63,565 nucleotides of DNA from Methanosarcinales archaeon (GCA_021108405.1 JAIOQW010000228.1:1-63565), one strand, 5' to 3'. Shown: positions 29,737 through 39,261, numbered from the stretch's first letter. Notes: a model not told the origin generated them from the sequence alone. Numbers and translations: made by a program.

Positions 29737-29789
29737 ATCCTCCCTTCGGTCGGATTTTCTTGAGTATATCAAGTTATACTTGATATACT
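29735..29789 (+). repeat. H hairpin plus T-tract overlapping the apgM stop (putative terminator), followed by a P palindrome
   Basis: aaatcctcccttcggtcggatttt is followed by agtatatcaagttatacttgatatact. Confidence 0.7.
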
Positions 29790-29840
29790 ATTAAAATACA
29801 ATAAAAACCATCAAGATAATAATCCAGGAGTACCTAAACC

Positions 29841-30725
29841 ATGAACGTCAACCGTGAAAAAATATTAATAGAAGCCCTTCCTTACATCCGCGAATTCCAT
29901 AATTCGATTATGGTTATTAAAGTAGGTGGTCATGCGATGGTAGACAAAAAAATAATGGAAGATATAGTTCAGGATGTAGTACTTCTGCGATATGTAGGCA
30001 TCCATCCTATCATTGTCCATGGAGGCGGTCCCGAGATAACCCAGAAAATGGAGATGATGGGTAAAAAGAGTGAATTTGCAGCAGGACTGCGCATTACCGA
30101 TGATGATACACTTGAGATCGCACGTATGGTACTGGTAGGAAACATCAATACCAGGATCGTATCACTGGTCGGTATATTCGGTGGTAAGGGTCTGGGGCTT
30201 TCAGGTAAGGACGGCAGGCTAATAGTAGCAAAAAAGAAAGCCATTCAGCGTATCACATATGAAGGTAAGGAACATGAAGTAGATCTTGGCTGGGTAGGAG
30301 ATGTCGAAGTGATCAATCCTGATATCCTGCGGATTGCAGCAGATAACGATTATATCCCTGTCATAGCCCCTATCGCAGTAGATGAGCAGGGTAATAGCCT
30401 GAATATTAATGCAGATACCGTAGCAGGAGATATTGCTGTTGCTCTTAAGGCAAAAAAGCTTATACTTATGACCGATGTACCTGGTGTGCTGCGTGACGTG
30501 AAGGGAACAAACACACGTATTTCCCGTATACAGATCACCCAGGTTGAAGATATGATCAAGGAAGGTATCATATCAGGCGGTATGACGCCAAAAATACGTT
30601 CCGCAGCCAGTGCAGTTACGCGGGGTGTTAAAAAAGTGCATATCATCGACGGCAGCAAATCGCACAGTTTACTGCTTGAACTGTTTACTGACAAAGGAAT
30701 CGGAACAATGATCTACGATCATTAA
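29841..30725 (+). CDS. argB: Acetylglutamate kinase
   Basis: IKVGGHAM, VHGGGPEI, NINADTVAG and the overall amino-acid-kinase layout, in a 294-aa protein. Confidence 0.85.
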   Translation: MNVNREKILIEALPYIREFHNSIMVIKVGGHAMVDKKIMEDIVQDVVLLRYVGIHPIIVHGGGPEITQKMEMMGKKSEFAAGLRITDDDTLEIARMVLVGNINTRIVSLVGIFGGKGLGLSGKDGRLIVAKKKAIQRITYEGKEHEVDLGWVGDVEVINPDILRIAADNDYIPVIAPIAVDEQGNSLNINADTVAGDIAVALKAKKLILMTDVPGVLRDVKGTNTRISRIQITQVEDMIKEGIISGGMTPKIRSAASAVTRGVKKVHIIDGSKSHSLLLELFTDKGIGTMIYDH

Positions 30726-31688
30726 TGTGATGATCAGGATCACAGCAAGAGTTAAGACAATCCCAAACCCCGGGGTTTCTTCCTGTTGCGATGTCTTGTT
30801 CGAAGCAGTAGATTCGGGATAGTGTTTAACCACAAGTACTGACACAACCGGACACAGAATACTATCCATACCTCTATCGAATTCCAATATATTATCCTGG
30901 TCAAGGCTCTTGGTAACATTCCATTGTTTAAGATCAAAGCATCCCCCTCTCCATTTATTACCCACCTCATCAGTTCCGGCACCATCTGATGCATCTGTTG
31001 CGACCAGTTCCGAATTGAACCATAACGTATCATGGACTTCATCTTCACTCTCTTTGCTACCCCAAATATATACTGTAGTAAGCTCTGCATCTATTACTCC
31101 CATCAGATCAACAGAACCAAAGGAAGTGTTTGTAGTGTTATGATACGCAGTAAATGGCGAGTGGTTACCATGCAAAAGTGGATTTCCTTCATTGACCTGG
31201 TATTCTATTAATTCAGGAGAATCACCTCCTTCATATGCCACAAGAAGCAGGATTCCCCAGGACTTGGTATTAAAACCAACCCTGGTGCCAAGATCAGCTG
31301 TTGCAGTATTGGTCCCGTTTACTATCCACTGCGCCACATTGTCATAATATACCCAGTACATACCCTTCTCTTTCTGGTAGTTTGAATATACCCTGGTGTT
31401 GTTTATAAGATCCGTATAATTACCAGGATAATATCCGTTAAAAATCATATTGATAGAGGAAGTATCCTTGGCACTCACATACAGCCGTGCCCACTGCGGC
31501 GTCCCATCAGGTACAGTAAAGTCCTGGGTATAGGTAGTTGTATAGACCTTTCCGTGACCTCCACCTATATATAATCCGCCGTTTACTGTTCCCTGTTCAA
31601 TAGTGTGTAACGGCACACCATCCTGATCCCAATCTGCTGTTGCTATTGTGCCTGACATAAGGATAGTGAGGACGATCAAGAGATACAT
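30669..31688 (-). CDS. Secreted surface protein with one DUF3344-like module and a PGF-CTERM anchor signal
   Basis: Signal peptide from the internal Met (MYLLIVLTILMSGTIATA). The module carries TVNGGLYIGGG...WARLYVS...GILLLVAYEGGDSP. The C-terminal motif is ETPGFGIVLTLAVILIITLMI. The 3' end overlaps argB by 57 bp in convergent orientation. Confidence 0.65.
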   Translation of the reverse strand: MYLLIVLTILMSGTIATADWDQDGVPLHTIEQGTVNGGLYIGGGHGKVYTTTYTQDFTVPDGTPQWARLYVSAKDTSSINMIFNGYYPGNYTDLINNTRVYSNYQKEKGMYWVYYDNVAQWIVNGTNTATADLGTRVGFNTKSWGILLLVAYEGGDSPELIEYQVNEGNPLLHGNHSPFTAYHNTTNTSFGSVDLMGVIDAELTTVYIWGSKESEDEVHDTLWFNSELVATDASDGAGTDEVGNKWRGGCFDLKQWNVTKSLDQDNILEFDRGMDSILCPVVSVLVVKHYPESTASNKTSQQEETPGFGIVLTLAVILIITLMIVDHCSDSFVSKQFKQ

Positions 31689-31879
31689 TATGACTTTCTT
31701 AAGCTGATCAGTATATGGTACTCTATCAAAATCATAATCTTCCGATGCAGTATAAACAAAGGATGAGAACATTACTAACCGCAAAGCTATTATTCTATAT
31801 ATATGTGCTCTTTGGCTCTGTTATCTCTATCCCGCAACTTAAAGTATAACAGAATTTGAGTTGCGGGACTAAATGTTTA

Positions 31880-34717
31880 TCATATTTTCTGTCTGTGTAG
31901 TATGAGTATTGCAATCAACAGCATACATATGCCTGCAATCGAACCAAAACCAGGTGAGCCGGTATTCTCCCTGGATGATGTTTGTTCCGGAGCCTGTGTT
32001 GATATATCGTCTTTACTTTCAGTCGACTTAGCTTCTGTATCTTTTTCACCTGCTACACTTGTAGATGTCTTGCCAGTTATCGCAAACGGAGAGAAACCTG
32101 GTGTTTTAGCTTTAAAGCACAGGCAATTTTCATTCTTATCTATCTGTGTAGTTTCAAGCGGTTTCCATTCTTCATCACTAAACCTGTACAATTTAATAGT
32201 GGATTCAACGATATTGTTTTCTTTGATCCAGGACCTTTCTACTTCAAATTTAATCTCTGGATCGGAAATATGTTCCGAAGTTGCCCAACTGCTGCTCCCG
32301 GCCCAGATATTCAGGTTTATAAATACTTCATCCGGTGCCTCACTATCTGCCAACGATGATCTGGATTTCAGTATCTCGACCTTTACAGCAACTTTTCCTG
32401 AGTTTGAAAGAGGTGTGAAAGTAATAGAGTTTATAAAATTATCTTCCGAATCAAAATTATAGGTTACTCTTGAACCTTTACTCAAATATTCTCTTTCAGT
32501 CTCCGATGTCTCTATATTTGCATAATTTTCACCGGATGCACCACCGCGTGAGCTGCTTCCGCCTCCACCACCGCCGTTTCCGGGTGGGGTGGAGTCTGGT
32601 GCTCTGGTCTGCAGGCATGTGAAGACAGGGGCAAAACCGTTGCTGGTTCTTTCCTGGAATTTGACAACTTCATCAGTGCCAGATGCGGTTATGTCATTCT
32701 TGTCCACATCACTCCTGTTGATACCAAGTGGATATAAGTAATTACAAGAAGGTACTCCGGCAACGCATTGCCATGCACTTACTTCCCATGAGCGGTTGTT
32801 GAACTGCTGGGATTCGCTTCCAGGCGCTACGGCATCGACTGTAACAGTGAACAGATTCGCTTCTGCTATTGTAGTGGGATCCACATCTGTAAGTGTGGTG
32901 GTCGTTGTTGCATCCTCTGGTAACACCTTGTACTGTGTACTATAATATGTAGCAAGTCGATCGTATCCATGAGCTATCGCGTACGTGTTATCGCTGCCAT
33001 CATCGTAGATGATCATCAGAGCCATGCCGGATACATATCCCTTTCCTTTTAAGGTGGGATCTGTATTATTGCAATTTGACCGAACTGCCTGATAAGCACC
33101 ATTCCCGGCAACATTGTCTGTTACATCATACACCAGCGTTCCGTACTGATACTCAGATGTGGTAAATCCTTTGATGTCAGTATAGTACTCATCGGTTGTG
33201 AGTGTGCTGCCACCGTTGATGGACATCTCATAGTCCGGTCTTGGGTCGGCGCCAGGATTGGGACCAGTTGCCGATTTTCGGTAGGTGTAGTACACATACA
33301 GTGTTGCGTTCTTTATCGTTGCACCTGCGGGAACCTCTGCAGTCAATCCGTCTACCTGATTCTCATCTCCGGATGCCTCGATGCTGAAGTTCACTGTATT
33401 GTTCTTGTACTTGAAATCTCCAACCGAGTAGATCACACCGCCTATGCCCTCGTATGCAGTGGTCATCGAATTATCTCCACGATATCCATAGCATGTATCA
33501 GGCAGCATATCATCAACAGTGCAGTTTCCTGTGGTGTTTCTGGACACGATGAGATTGTTGTTGCCTTCTTTAGTACCTTCATCCACTACACCGCCGCTAT
33601 CAGCAAACGCTGTTATCGAGATGTTTTCAAGAACGGTTGGCTTCCAGTTACCAACTTCAACTACTGCACTCTCACTACCATTCAGTACAGGCACAGTTGC
33701 CGTTAATACGGTCGGGCCGCCTGTATGTGTGATGGTTAGATTTACATCGCAACTAGCAGTGGATGCAGTACCCTGATTCATCACATTTACAGATAACACA
33801 TTCGTAAGATTGGTGAATATATACTGCGGGTAAATGTTGCTTACGACAAGGTCTGGCCTATATTCCACTGTTAGAATTGCATTGCATATGTTGACACTTG
33901 GATCAGAGCCTTGACTGAACCATGCATCATTTCCTGATGTATTCATATAATTCGTTACGCTCCATGTATGCATATCGAAGAAATTAGTGTTTATGCAACT
34001 TGTATCCAGCTCATTACCATTGAACTTCATGCAGTTGCTACAGGATGGATCATACCCAGTAAGATGCACCAGAGTGAGATTTGCCATCGCAACATTATCA
34101 GTACTCACTGTGCCAACAAAATTTGTAGTTCCTGTGGGATTAGTGGAACTAAGGGGTTCACTTCCGTTATTGATCCAGTACTGAATCTGCTTCGGGTCAT
34201 CCCCACCCTCGTAGACCACAACCAACACAATGCCATAAACTCTGCCATCAATGCTATCACTATCATTGATCTTCGATGTAGTTGCAGTGTTTATCTGTCC
34301 TGTATTAACTAAGTCGGTTACATTATACCAAAACCAGTGCTTACCAAGACCTGTACACCAGACATTATTATTACTATCGCTTTCACCCTCTAAATGTATT
34401 GGACCGAGTTTGTTGCTGGTACTATCTCCATTGAATGTAACATTCACCCAACCGTCCTTGGATACACCATTACCCCAGACACCAGTGTACAGGTAAGCAT
34501 ACTTAACGGTTCCATTCGGTACATCAGTGTTTAGTGTGCGAGTTGTGCTATCGTCCCAACCAACGCTATCATAGAAAACACCGCCGTTGACGGTGCCGTT
34601 GATCATAGTATCTACAGTCCATCCATTAGAACTATAATCTGCTTTGGATGATACTGCCAGCAAGCATACAATTAAAATGCTAAATAAAATTATTGAATAT
34701 CTATTTCTACTAACCAT
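31880..34717 (-). CDS. Large cell-surface glycoprotein: two DUF3344-like modules, a CARDB-like domain, a Gly/Ser linker, a PGF-pre-PGF-like domain and PGF-CTERM
   Basis: Signal peptide MVSRNRYSIILFSILIVCLLAVSSKA. The module recurs (GIVLVVVYEGGDDP, GMALMIIYDDGSDN). PDLVVSNIYP...NVMNQGTASTASCDVNLTI is CARDB-like, followed by a GNGGGGGGSSSRGGASG linker. The C-terminal motif is GSPGFGSIAGICMLLIAILILHRQKI. There are many NxS/T sequons. Confidence 0.75.
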   Translation of the reverse strand: MVSRNRYSIILFSILIVCLLAVSSKADYSSNGWTVDTMINGTVNGGVFYDSVGWDDSTTRTLNTDVPNGTVKYAYLYTGVWGNGVSKDGWVNVTFNGDSTSNKLGPIHLEGESDSNNNVWCTGLGKHWFWYNVTDLVNTGQINTATTSKINDSDSIDGRVYGIVLVVVYEGGDDPKQIQYWINNGSEPLSSTNPTGTTNFVGTVSTDNVAMANLTLVHLTGYDPSCSNCMKFNGNELDTSCINTNFFDMHTWSVTNYMNTSGNDAWFSQGSDPSVNICNAILTVEYRPDLVVSNIYPQYIFTNLTNVLSVNVMNQGTASTASCDVNLTITHTGGPTVLTATVPVLNGSESAVVEVGNWKPTVLENISITAFADSGGVVDEGTKEGNNNLIVSRNTTGNCTVDDMLPDTCYGYRGDNSMTTAYEGIGGVIYSVGDFKYKNNTVNFSIEASGDENQVDGLTAEVPAGATIKNATLYVYYTYRKSATGPNPGADPRPDYEMSINGGSTLTTDEYYTDIKGFTTSEYQYGTLVYDVTDNVAGNGAYQAVRSNCNNTDPTLKGKGYVSGMALMIIYDDGSDNTYAIAHGYDRLATYYSTQYKVLPEDATTTTTLTDVDPTTIAEANLFTVTVDAVAPGSESQQFNNRSWEVSAWQCVAGVPSCNYLYPLGINRSDVDKNDITASGTDEVVKFQERTSNGFAPVFTCLQTRAPDSTPPGNGGGGGGSSSRGGASGENYANIETSETEREYLSKGSRVTYNFDSEDNFINSITFTPLSNSGKVAVKVEILKSRSSLADSEAPDEVFINLNIWAGSSSWATSEHISDPEIKFEVERSWIKENNIVESTIKLYRFSDEEWKPLETTQIDKNENCLCFKAKTPGFSPFAITGKTSTSVAGEKDTEAKSTESKDDISTQAPEQTSSRENTGSPGFGSIAGICMLLIAILILHRQKI

Positions 34718-34795
34718 GTTACCTATTCCATAAAAAGTAATACTGTTTATAAAATGTAAGTGGTTTCGTATGTTATAAATATGTTTTCATTAACC

Positions 34796-34938
34796 GAGAC
34801 CGTTACAATTCGTGTTGGTGAATCTTATGAAACCACAGATAAACACAGATGAACACAGATTTTCAGGCAGCGTATCCGTGTTTATCTGTGTTCATCTGCG
34901 GTTATTTTAATAGTACCAACATGTAATGTAACGGTCTC
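34796..34938 (+). mobile_element. 143-bp MITE, copy 1, flanked by the 8-bp direct repeat CATTAACC
   Basis: Terminal inverted repeats gagaccgttaca...tgtaacggtctc. Each arm carries three tandem 10-bp units (ccacagataa acacagatga acacagattt). The duplication cattaacc lies at 34788-34795 and 34939-34946. Confidence 0.9.
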
Positions 34939-35006
34939 CATTAACCCAGTATCTCCGGGCAATATATCAAAATTTTATAGTCCAAACTTCCTGTGTGTTT
35001 AATTTC

Positions 35007-35084
35007 CATTTGTGATCGGTTAAGGAATTTTAATCCGTGTCTGAAAAAATGCTTTCAAACTTTATCAAGATCACTTTCTATTCA
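35007..35084 (+). repeat. Repeat module R2, copy a
   Basis: catttgtgatcggttaaggaattttaatccgtgtctgaaaaaatgctttcaaactttatcaagatcactttcta aligns with 41955-42052, which carries 20 extra bp of 10-bp tandem units. Confidence 0.8.
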
Positions 35085-35251
35085 GAAGAAAAGCTACAAT
35101 TGGAATCAGTTTAATCGTTTCATCATATTTAATCCACTCCCAAAGCAGAAGATATATCATTCGCTATACAACCTGAACCCGTAGAGGATGTGCTTCTTAA
35201 AGAGCCGGATGAGGGAAATGTTATATACTATAAAAAAAGAAATACAGATCA

Positions 35252-36370
35252 ATGTCTTCAATCAAGTCAATAATATTCTTTAGTACAGTACTTATTTTAG
35301 TATTGATAAGCTCTTTTCCGGCAGCTTATGCATTTGCTCATTATGCATCTAATAATAATACCAGTAATAGCACAGGTATAATGATGGGAAATACATCCAC
35401 ATCATCAAATGTAGTGGAAATAATTATTGTACAGCATTTAATTGAAGTAGATCACCTGATAAATGAAGGTTATTTGACAGTAACCGAGACAATTATCTTC
35501 AGAAATGTTGGTACACAAAATTATACGGGACCTATTTACACATGGCTGCAGGATGATGCATTTAATCTGGTAGTATCGAAAAATAAGATGGCAATGGATA
35601 GCCAGGGTATTGCTATTACGTCATTCCAGGTCGATGATAATATTATCGGATGGAATGATTCTATCCAGAGCAGTATGGGTATGCCATCTATGTATCATCT
35701 GGAGTATATGATACCAGTAGATCCTAATAAGGAAAAAATGGGATCAGTTGATTTTATTAAGGAAATAACAGTTCCTGCGACTGTGAATTATAATTATGTA
35801 CCTATGACAGGTATGTATGCATTGGTTATTAATACAATACAACCGGAAAATACCGGGATCACGATAACTGATTGTGACGGAGTGGAAATAGAACCTGATT
35901 TTGTAGAAGAAGGGGTCAATAATATGAAGAAATATAACTGGGTAAGCCCTTCATTTACCCGGATCTGCATTGAGATCAGTCAATCAAAATCAGGTGGGTC
36001 TTCAACCATCCTTTATGCAGGCATTATACTGGTTATTATCGGAGTAGTGGGCTATTTCTTACTTAAAGGGAATGGTCAAAAGGAAGAAAACGTAGAATAT
36101 GAAGATGAGGATGCTGGAGGATATGAAGATAAGGACGCTTCTAAATATAATGATGAAGAAGAAGTTCTCACAAAAAAGGATATTGAAAATAATTCATTAA
36201 ATGAACTTAGAGCAGCTAAAAAGGCTGTTTCCAGGGTACTCAGGGAACTTGATGATGATTATTCCAGTGGTATTATATCAGAAGATGAATATGATACTAT
36301 CCGCAGTAACTATAAGAAAAAAGCTGTGGACATTGCCAAACGCATCGAGATGCTTGAAAAAGAACAGTAA
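35252..36370 (+). CDS. Single-pass membrane protein: secreted N-terminal domain, TM helix, acidic linker, SHOCT-like C-terminus
   Basis: The signal peptide ends AAYAFA|HYAS. The TM helix is ILYAGIILVIIGVVGYFLL. The acidic stretch EYEDEDAGGYEDKD is followed by ISEDEYDTIRSNYKKKAVDIAKRIEMLE. Confidence 0.5.
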   Translation: MSSIKSIIFFSTVLILVLISSFPAAYAFAHYASNNNTSNSTGIMMGNTSTSSNVVEIIIVQHLIEVDHLINEGYLTVTETIIFRNVGTQNYTGPIYTWLQDDAFNLVVSKNKMAMDSQGIAITSFQVDDNIIGWNDSIQSSMGMPSMYHLEYMIPVDPNKEKMGSVDFIKEITVPATVNYNYVPMTGMYALVINTIQPENTGITITDCDGVEIEPDFVEEGVNNMKKYNWVSPSFTRICIEISQSKSGGSSTILYAGIILVIIGVVGYFLLKGNGQKEENVEYEDEDAGGYEDKDASKYNDEEEVLTKKDIENNSLNELRAAKKAVSRVLRELDDDYSSGIISEDEYDTIRSNYKKKAVDIAKRIEMLEKEQ

Positions 36371-36379
36371 CTATTATTT

Positions 36380-36420
36380 AGTATATCAAGTAATAAAATC
36401 CGAGCGTTAGCGAGGATTTT
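36380..36420. repeat. Half P module plus an H hairpin with T-tracts on both strands, between convergent genes (putative bidirectional terminator)
   Basis: agtatatcaagtaat is followed by aaaatccgagcgttagcgaggatttt. The hairpin overlaps the cbiO stop codon. Confidence 0.7.
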
Positions 36421-37345
36421 ATTCATGATAATGAAATTTATTAAGGGTAGCAGTGACTCCCGAATGGGTATGTTTATGGCAATGCAGGTGTATATGCCCT
36501 TCCCCGTTCTCGATCGTTTGTGTCAGGTTCTTTACCGCACCTTTTAATGACAACGGAAGTTTATCACATGGATATCCAAAAAACTGGAACATCTCAAAGA
36601 ACTGCATGATCACAGGGATCTCCAGTCCTGCTCGAATAAGCATATCAGTATCTGAAAAAATTTCTCGTGTGGTCCCATCAGCGATCACTGTCTTGTTAAG
36701 TACGATCACTCTTTCTGTGAGTTCCGGAATTGCATTGATATCATGTGTGATGATAATCAGCGTTTTTCCCTGGTTTTTAAGTCCTTTCAGGATATCTATC
36801 AACTCCCTTCTGCTCTTAGGGTCCAGATTAGCAGTTGGTTCATCAAGTGCAAGAATATCAGGTCCCATGGATAGTACAGTGGCAAGTGCAGCCCGTTTCT
36901 TTTCACCTCCACTTAGATGGTGCGGGACCCTTTTCTCATATCCGGCAAGTCCGACCATTGCAAGTGACTCTTTTACTCTTAAGTTTACTTCTTCTTTATC
37001 CATCCCAAGATTAATAGGACCAAATGCTACATCATCACCAAGCATTGGCATAAATAGCATATCATCGGGGTTCTGGAACATGATTCCTATTTTCTTTGGC
37101 ATTTCATGTATTTTTTTTGAATCAATTGTAGTCCCAAATATTTCAACAGACCCGCTCCCCTTACCTGATTCACGTGTTCTTTTACCTGGCAGTATACCGT
37201 TAAGATGCAGCAATAGTGTTGATTTACCTGCACCGTTGGGTCCTGCTAAAGTTACTGATTCACCTTTATCAATATCGAACGATACATGTTCAAGTGCAAC
37301 TGTCCCATCGAGAAAGGTGTAATTAAGATCATGTATATGTATTGC
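36419..37345 (-). CDS. cbiO: ECF-transporter ATPase component (CbiO/NikO type) with a His-rich C-terminal tail; start codon unresolved
   Basis: The Q-loop MFQNPDD, signature LSGGEKKR, Walker B LALDEP and H-loop ITHD lie in the track ORF. Walker A (GESVTLAGPNGAGKSTLL) lies in-frame upstream of the track start (37213), and I see no ATG/GTG/TTG there. The tail is GEGHIHLHCHKHTHSGVTATLNKFHYHE. Confidence 0.8.
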   Translation of the reverse strand, partial: AIHIHDLNYTFLDGTVALEHVSFDIDKGESVTLAGPNGAGKSTLLLHLNGILPGKRTRESGKGSGSVEIFGTTIDSKKIHEMPKKIGIMFQNPDDMLFMPMLGDDVAFGPINLGMDKEEVNLRVKESLAMVGLAGYEKRVPHHLSGGEKKRAALATVLSMGPDILALDEPTANLDPKSRRELIDILKGLKNQGKTLIIITHDINAIPELTERVIVLNKTVIADGTTREIFSDTDMLIRAGLEIPVIMQFFEMFQFFGYPCDKLPLSLKGAVKNLTQTIENGEGHIHLHCHKHTHSGVTATLNKFHYHE

Positions 37346-37350
37346 AGCCG

Positions 37351-38136
37351 TTATAACACCTCCATTGTACTTGATATAGCTGCTATATGTATAAAAATTG
37401 CAAATCCTATTACTATAATCATATTAACCCAGTCCTGGGGTCTAAGCGTGAACTCATGTAATGTTGTTACCGTACCTGTATATCCCTTTGACCTCATTGC
37501 ATAGAACACACGATCAGCACGTTCATAGCTCTTTACCAGAAGCATTGCAATAGCTTTACTAATAGAAGTTAAGGAAAAAAGACTTGCCCTGTTCCTATAT
37601 CCTCTTGATTTGAGGGAGTGTTCCATGTTCGTGAACTCATCAGAAAGTACGAAAATATACCTGTAAGTGAATGCAAACATCTGAATTAATTTATTTGGAA
37701 GATGCAGACCCTCAAGTGCTTTAATAGTAATATCTATTCTGGATGTCCCTATCATAGGGAAGATCAGCATTACTGCTGTGAGTGCTTTTATCATGATCAA
37801 CAAGGCATATACCACATATTCGATCCCCCTATAGTAAAGTGTAATGCTACCCAAATTTGCTATTGCAATACCGCCACCTAAGAAGGTAAATGGTAAGATT
37901 ATTAGAAAAGGCAGTACAAATATGAATACCCATTTTAAGCGTGATAGAATAAAAGAAATAGGGATCTTTGATAAAAAGACTAACATAATTGCAAAGCACA
38001 TAGTGATCACTACCAGTATAAGATCATAAAGAAGCATGATCGAAAATATCAATACAAAGATAGATACGATCTTAAGACGGGGGTCCCATCTATGTATAGG
38101 CGAAGAAAGTCCGGAATATTGGTCTATTTCTAACAT
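37351..38136 (-). CDS. cbiQ: ECF-transporter transmembrane (T) component CbiQ/NikQ
   Basis: 261 aa, multi-TM, with the conserved-looking C-terminal ARG motifs (SLKSRGYR, ERADRVFYAMRSKGY). It sits between cbiM and cbiO. Confidence 0.8.
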   Translation of the reverse strand: MLEIDQYSGLSSPIHRWDPRLKIVSIFVLIFSIMLLYDLILVVITMCFAIMLVFLSKIPISFILSRLKWVFIFVLPFLIILPFTFLGGGIAIANLGSITLYYRGIEYVVYALLIMIKALTAVMLIFPMIGTSRIDITIKALEGLHLPNKLIQMFAFTYRYIFVLSDEFTNMEHSLKSRGYRNRASLFSLTSISKAIAMLLVKSYERADRVFYAMRSKGYTGTVTTLHEFTLRPQDWVNMIIVIGFAIFIHIAAISSTMEVL

Positions 38137-38142
38137 TGTTTA

Positions 38143-38751
38143 TTAAATACACAACATATCGGGTTTGACTTTTGCAAAGAACCCGGCCATCACACCGGTA
38201 AATATAGCCTCAATTATAATGACAGGGATATGAGCAAACACAACAAAAGTTGTCACTTCAGTGAACTCCGAACCTGTAATTAGAAGTTCAACAGCAAGCA
38301 TCATCACCGAAAGCGCTACTGCAATGCCGCCTGCGAGTGATCCGAATAATACTTCTTTTCGTTGAAAATCAAAATTGAGACCCATTCCGGTTCTAAATAT
38401 AAGAAAAGCTATTAACGCGGGTGCACCCATATTAAGAGCATTAAGACCTATTGTCGTGACCCCGCCGTGCTGGAACAGGAAGCACTGCATTATTATTGAT
38501 ACTACCAGGCAAGGAACTGATAATACACCAAGTGTCACACCTGCAAACCCGTTAAGTACCAGATGAACACTGGTGGGCCCTACCTGAAAATGTATCAGGG
38601 ATGCCACAAACACTGCTGCAGTAATAACAGAGAGTTTGGGGATATCTTCCATATTCATCTTTGCCAGTCCATAAGCGAGTAACCCGGCAGAGAGCACCCA
38701 GCCAAATCCCATCAGCCATGGTGCAACTATTGCATCTGAAACGTGTACCAT
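38143..38751 (-). CDS. cbiM: Ni/Co ECF substrate-capture component CbiM/NikM
   Basis: 202 aa, about 6-7 TM helices, N-terminus MVHVSDAIVAPW (His near the N-terminus, as in the MH... metal-binding N-terminus of CbiM/NikM). The operon context is M-Q-O. Confidence 0.8.
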   Translation of the reverse strand: MVHVSDAIVAPWLMGFGWVLSAGLLAYGLAKMNMEDIPKLSVITAAVFVASLIHFQVGPTSVHLVLNGFAGVTLGVLSVPCLVVSIIMQCFLFQHGGVTTIGLNALNMGAPALIAFLIFRTGMGLNFDFQRKEVLFGSLAGGIAVALSVMMLAVELLITGSEFTEVTTFVVFAHIPVIIIEAIFTGVMAGFFAKVKPDMLCI

Positions 38752-38759
38752 TTTTTCCT

Positions 38760-39218
38760 CTACTTTTCTTTACATTCTTTTTGTATTTTCCTGGCGCTGA
38801 TATACATAGATATTCCAGCCAATCCTGCCAATAACCCAAAACCGGTAATTATCTGCATATAAAGCGGCAGTTCCGCTTCTTCCTGTTGCCCCTCTGTCAT
38901 GTTGAATTTATACTCATCTCCATGACCGGTAGCTGATACTACTACTCTATACCCTGATGCACCTAATTGCGGAGTGAAGTTGTACAGTCCTTCCTCATCT
39001 GTTTTACCTGTCTGGTATAGGTTCTCTTCACCTGATTTATTAGAGTATATCTCTATATCTGCAAATGCCATTGGGTCTCCGCCTCCGTACCACGCTTTTA
39101 TCTGAACCTGTGTTATCTGTTCCCGGATATGTACCCTGTGTGCAGAAGCAGCCGGTGCAAATATCATGCAAATAATAAGTACTAGTACCAGAAGACTTAT
39201 GTATTTTATTTGTTTCAT
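38760..39218 (-). CDS. Small secreted, C-terminally anchored accessory protein in the CbiN/NikL position (Ig/transthyretin-like fold guess)
   Basis: The signal peptide ends AASA|HRVHI, followed by a beta-rich middle (TDEEGLYNF...GYRVVVSATGHGDEY) and a C-terminal TM helix (IITGFGLLAGLAGISMYI). It lies 8 bp upstream of cbiM. Confidence 0.5.
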   Translation of the reverse strand: MKQIKYISLLVLVLIICMIFAPAASAHRVHIREQITQVQIKAWYGGGDPMAFADIEIYSNKSGEENLYQTGKTDEEGLYNFTPQLGASGYRVVVSATGHGDEYKFNMTEGQQEEAELPLYMQIITGFGLLAGLAGISMYISARKIQKECKEK

Positions 39219-39261
39219 GCGTAAACTCCTTATTTATTGCATAAATAGATACCATATTACT

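Noticed and set aside
34831-34900. 10-bp tandem units in the MITE and at 41979-42008 as a possible mini-CRISPR or iteron origin
   Set aside because: The units are contiguous with no spacers, there are only 3 per array, and they lie inside terminal-inverted-repeat-bounded elements with target-site duplications. No cas genes or Orc/Cdc6 gene are nearby.
36453-37322. 289-aa plus-strand ORF
   Set aside because: It is antisense to cbiO, which has a full set of ABC motifs. The translation is Ser/Ile/Pro-rich shadow sequence.
38746-38751. Alternative GTG start for cbiM that would give the canonical MH... N-terminus
   Set aside because: Codon 2 is GTA, not GTG, so it cannot serve as an alternative start. 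The N-terminus is MVH..., with possible Met removal.
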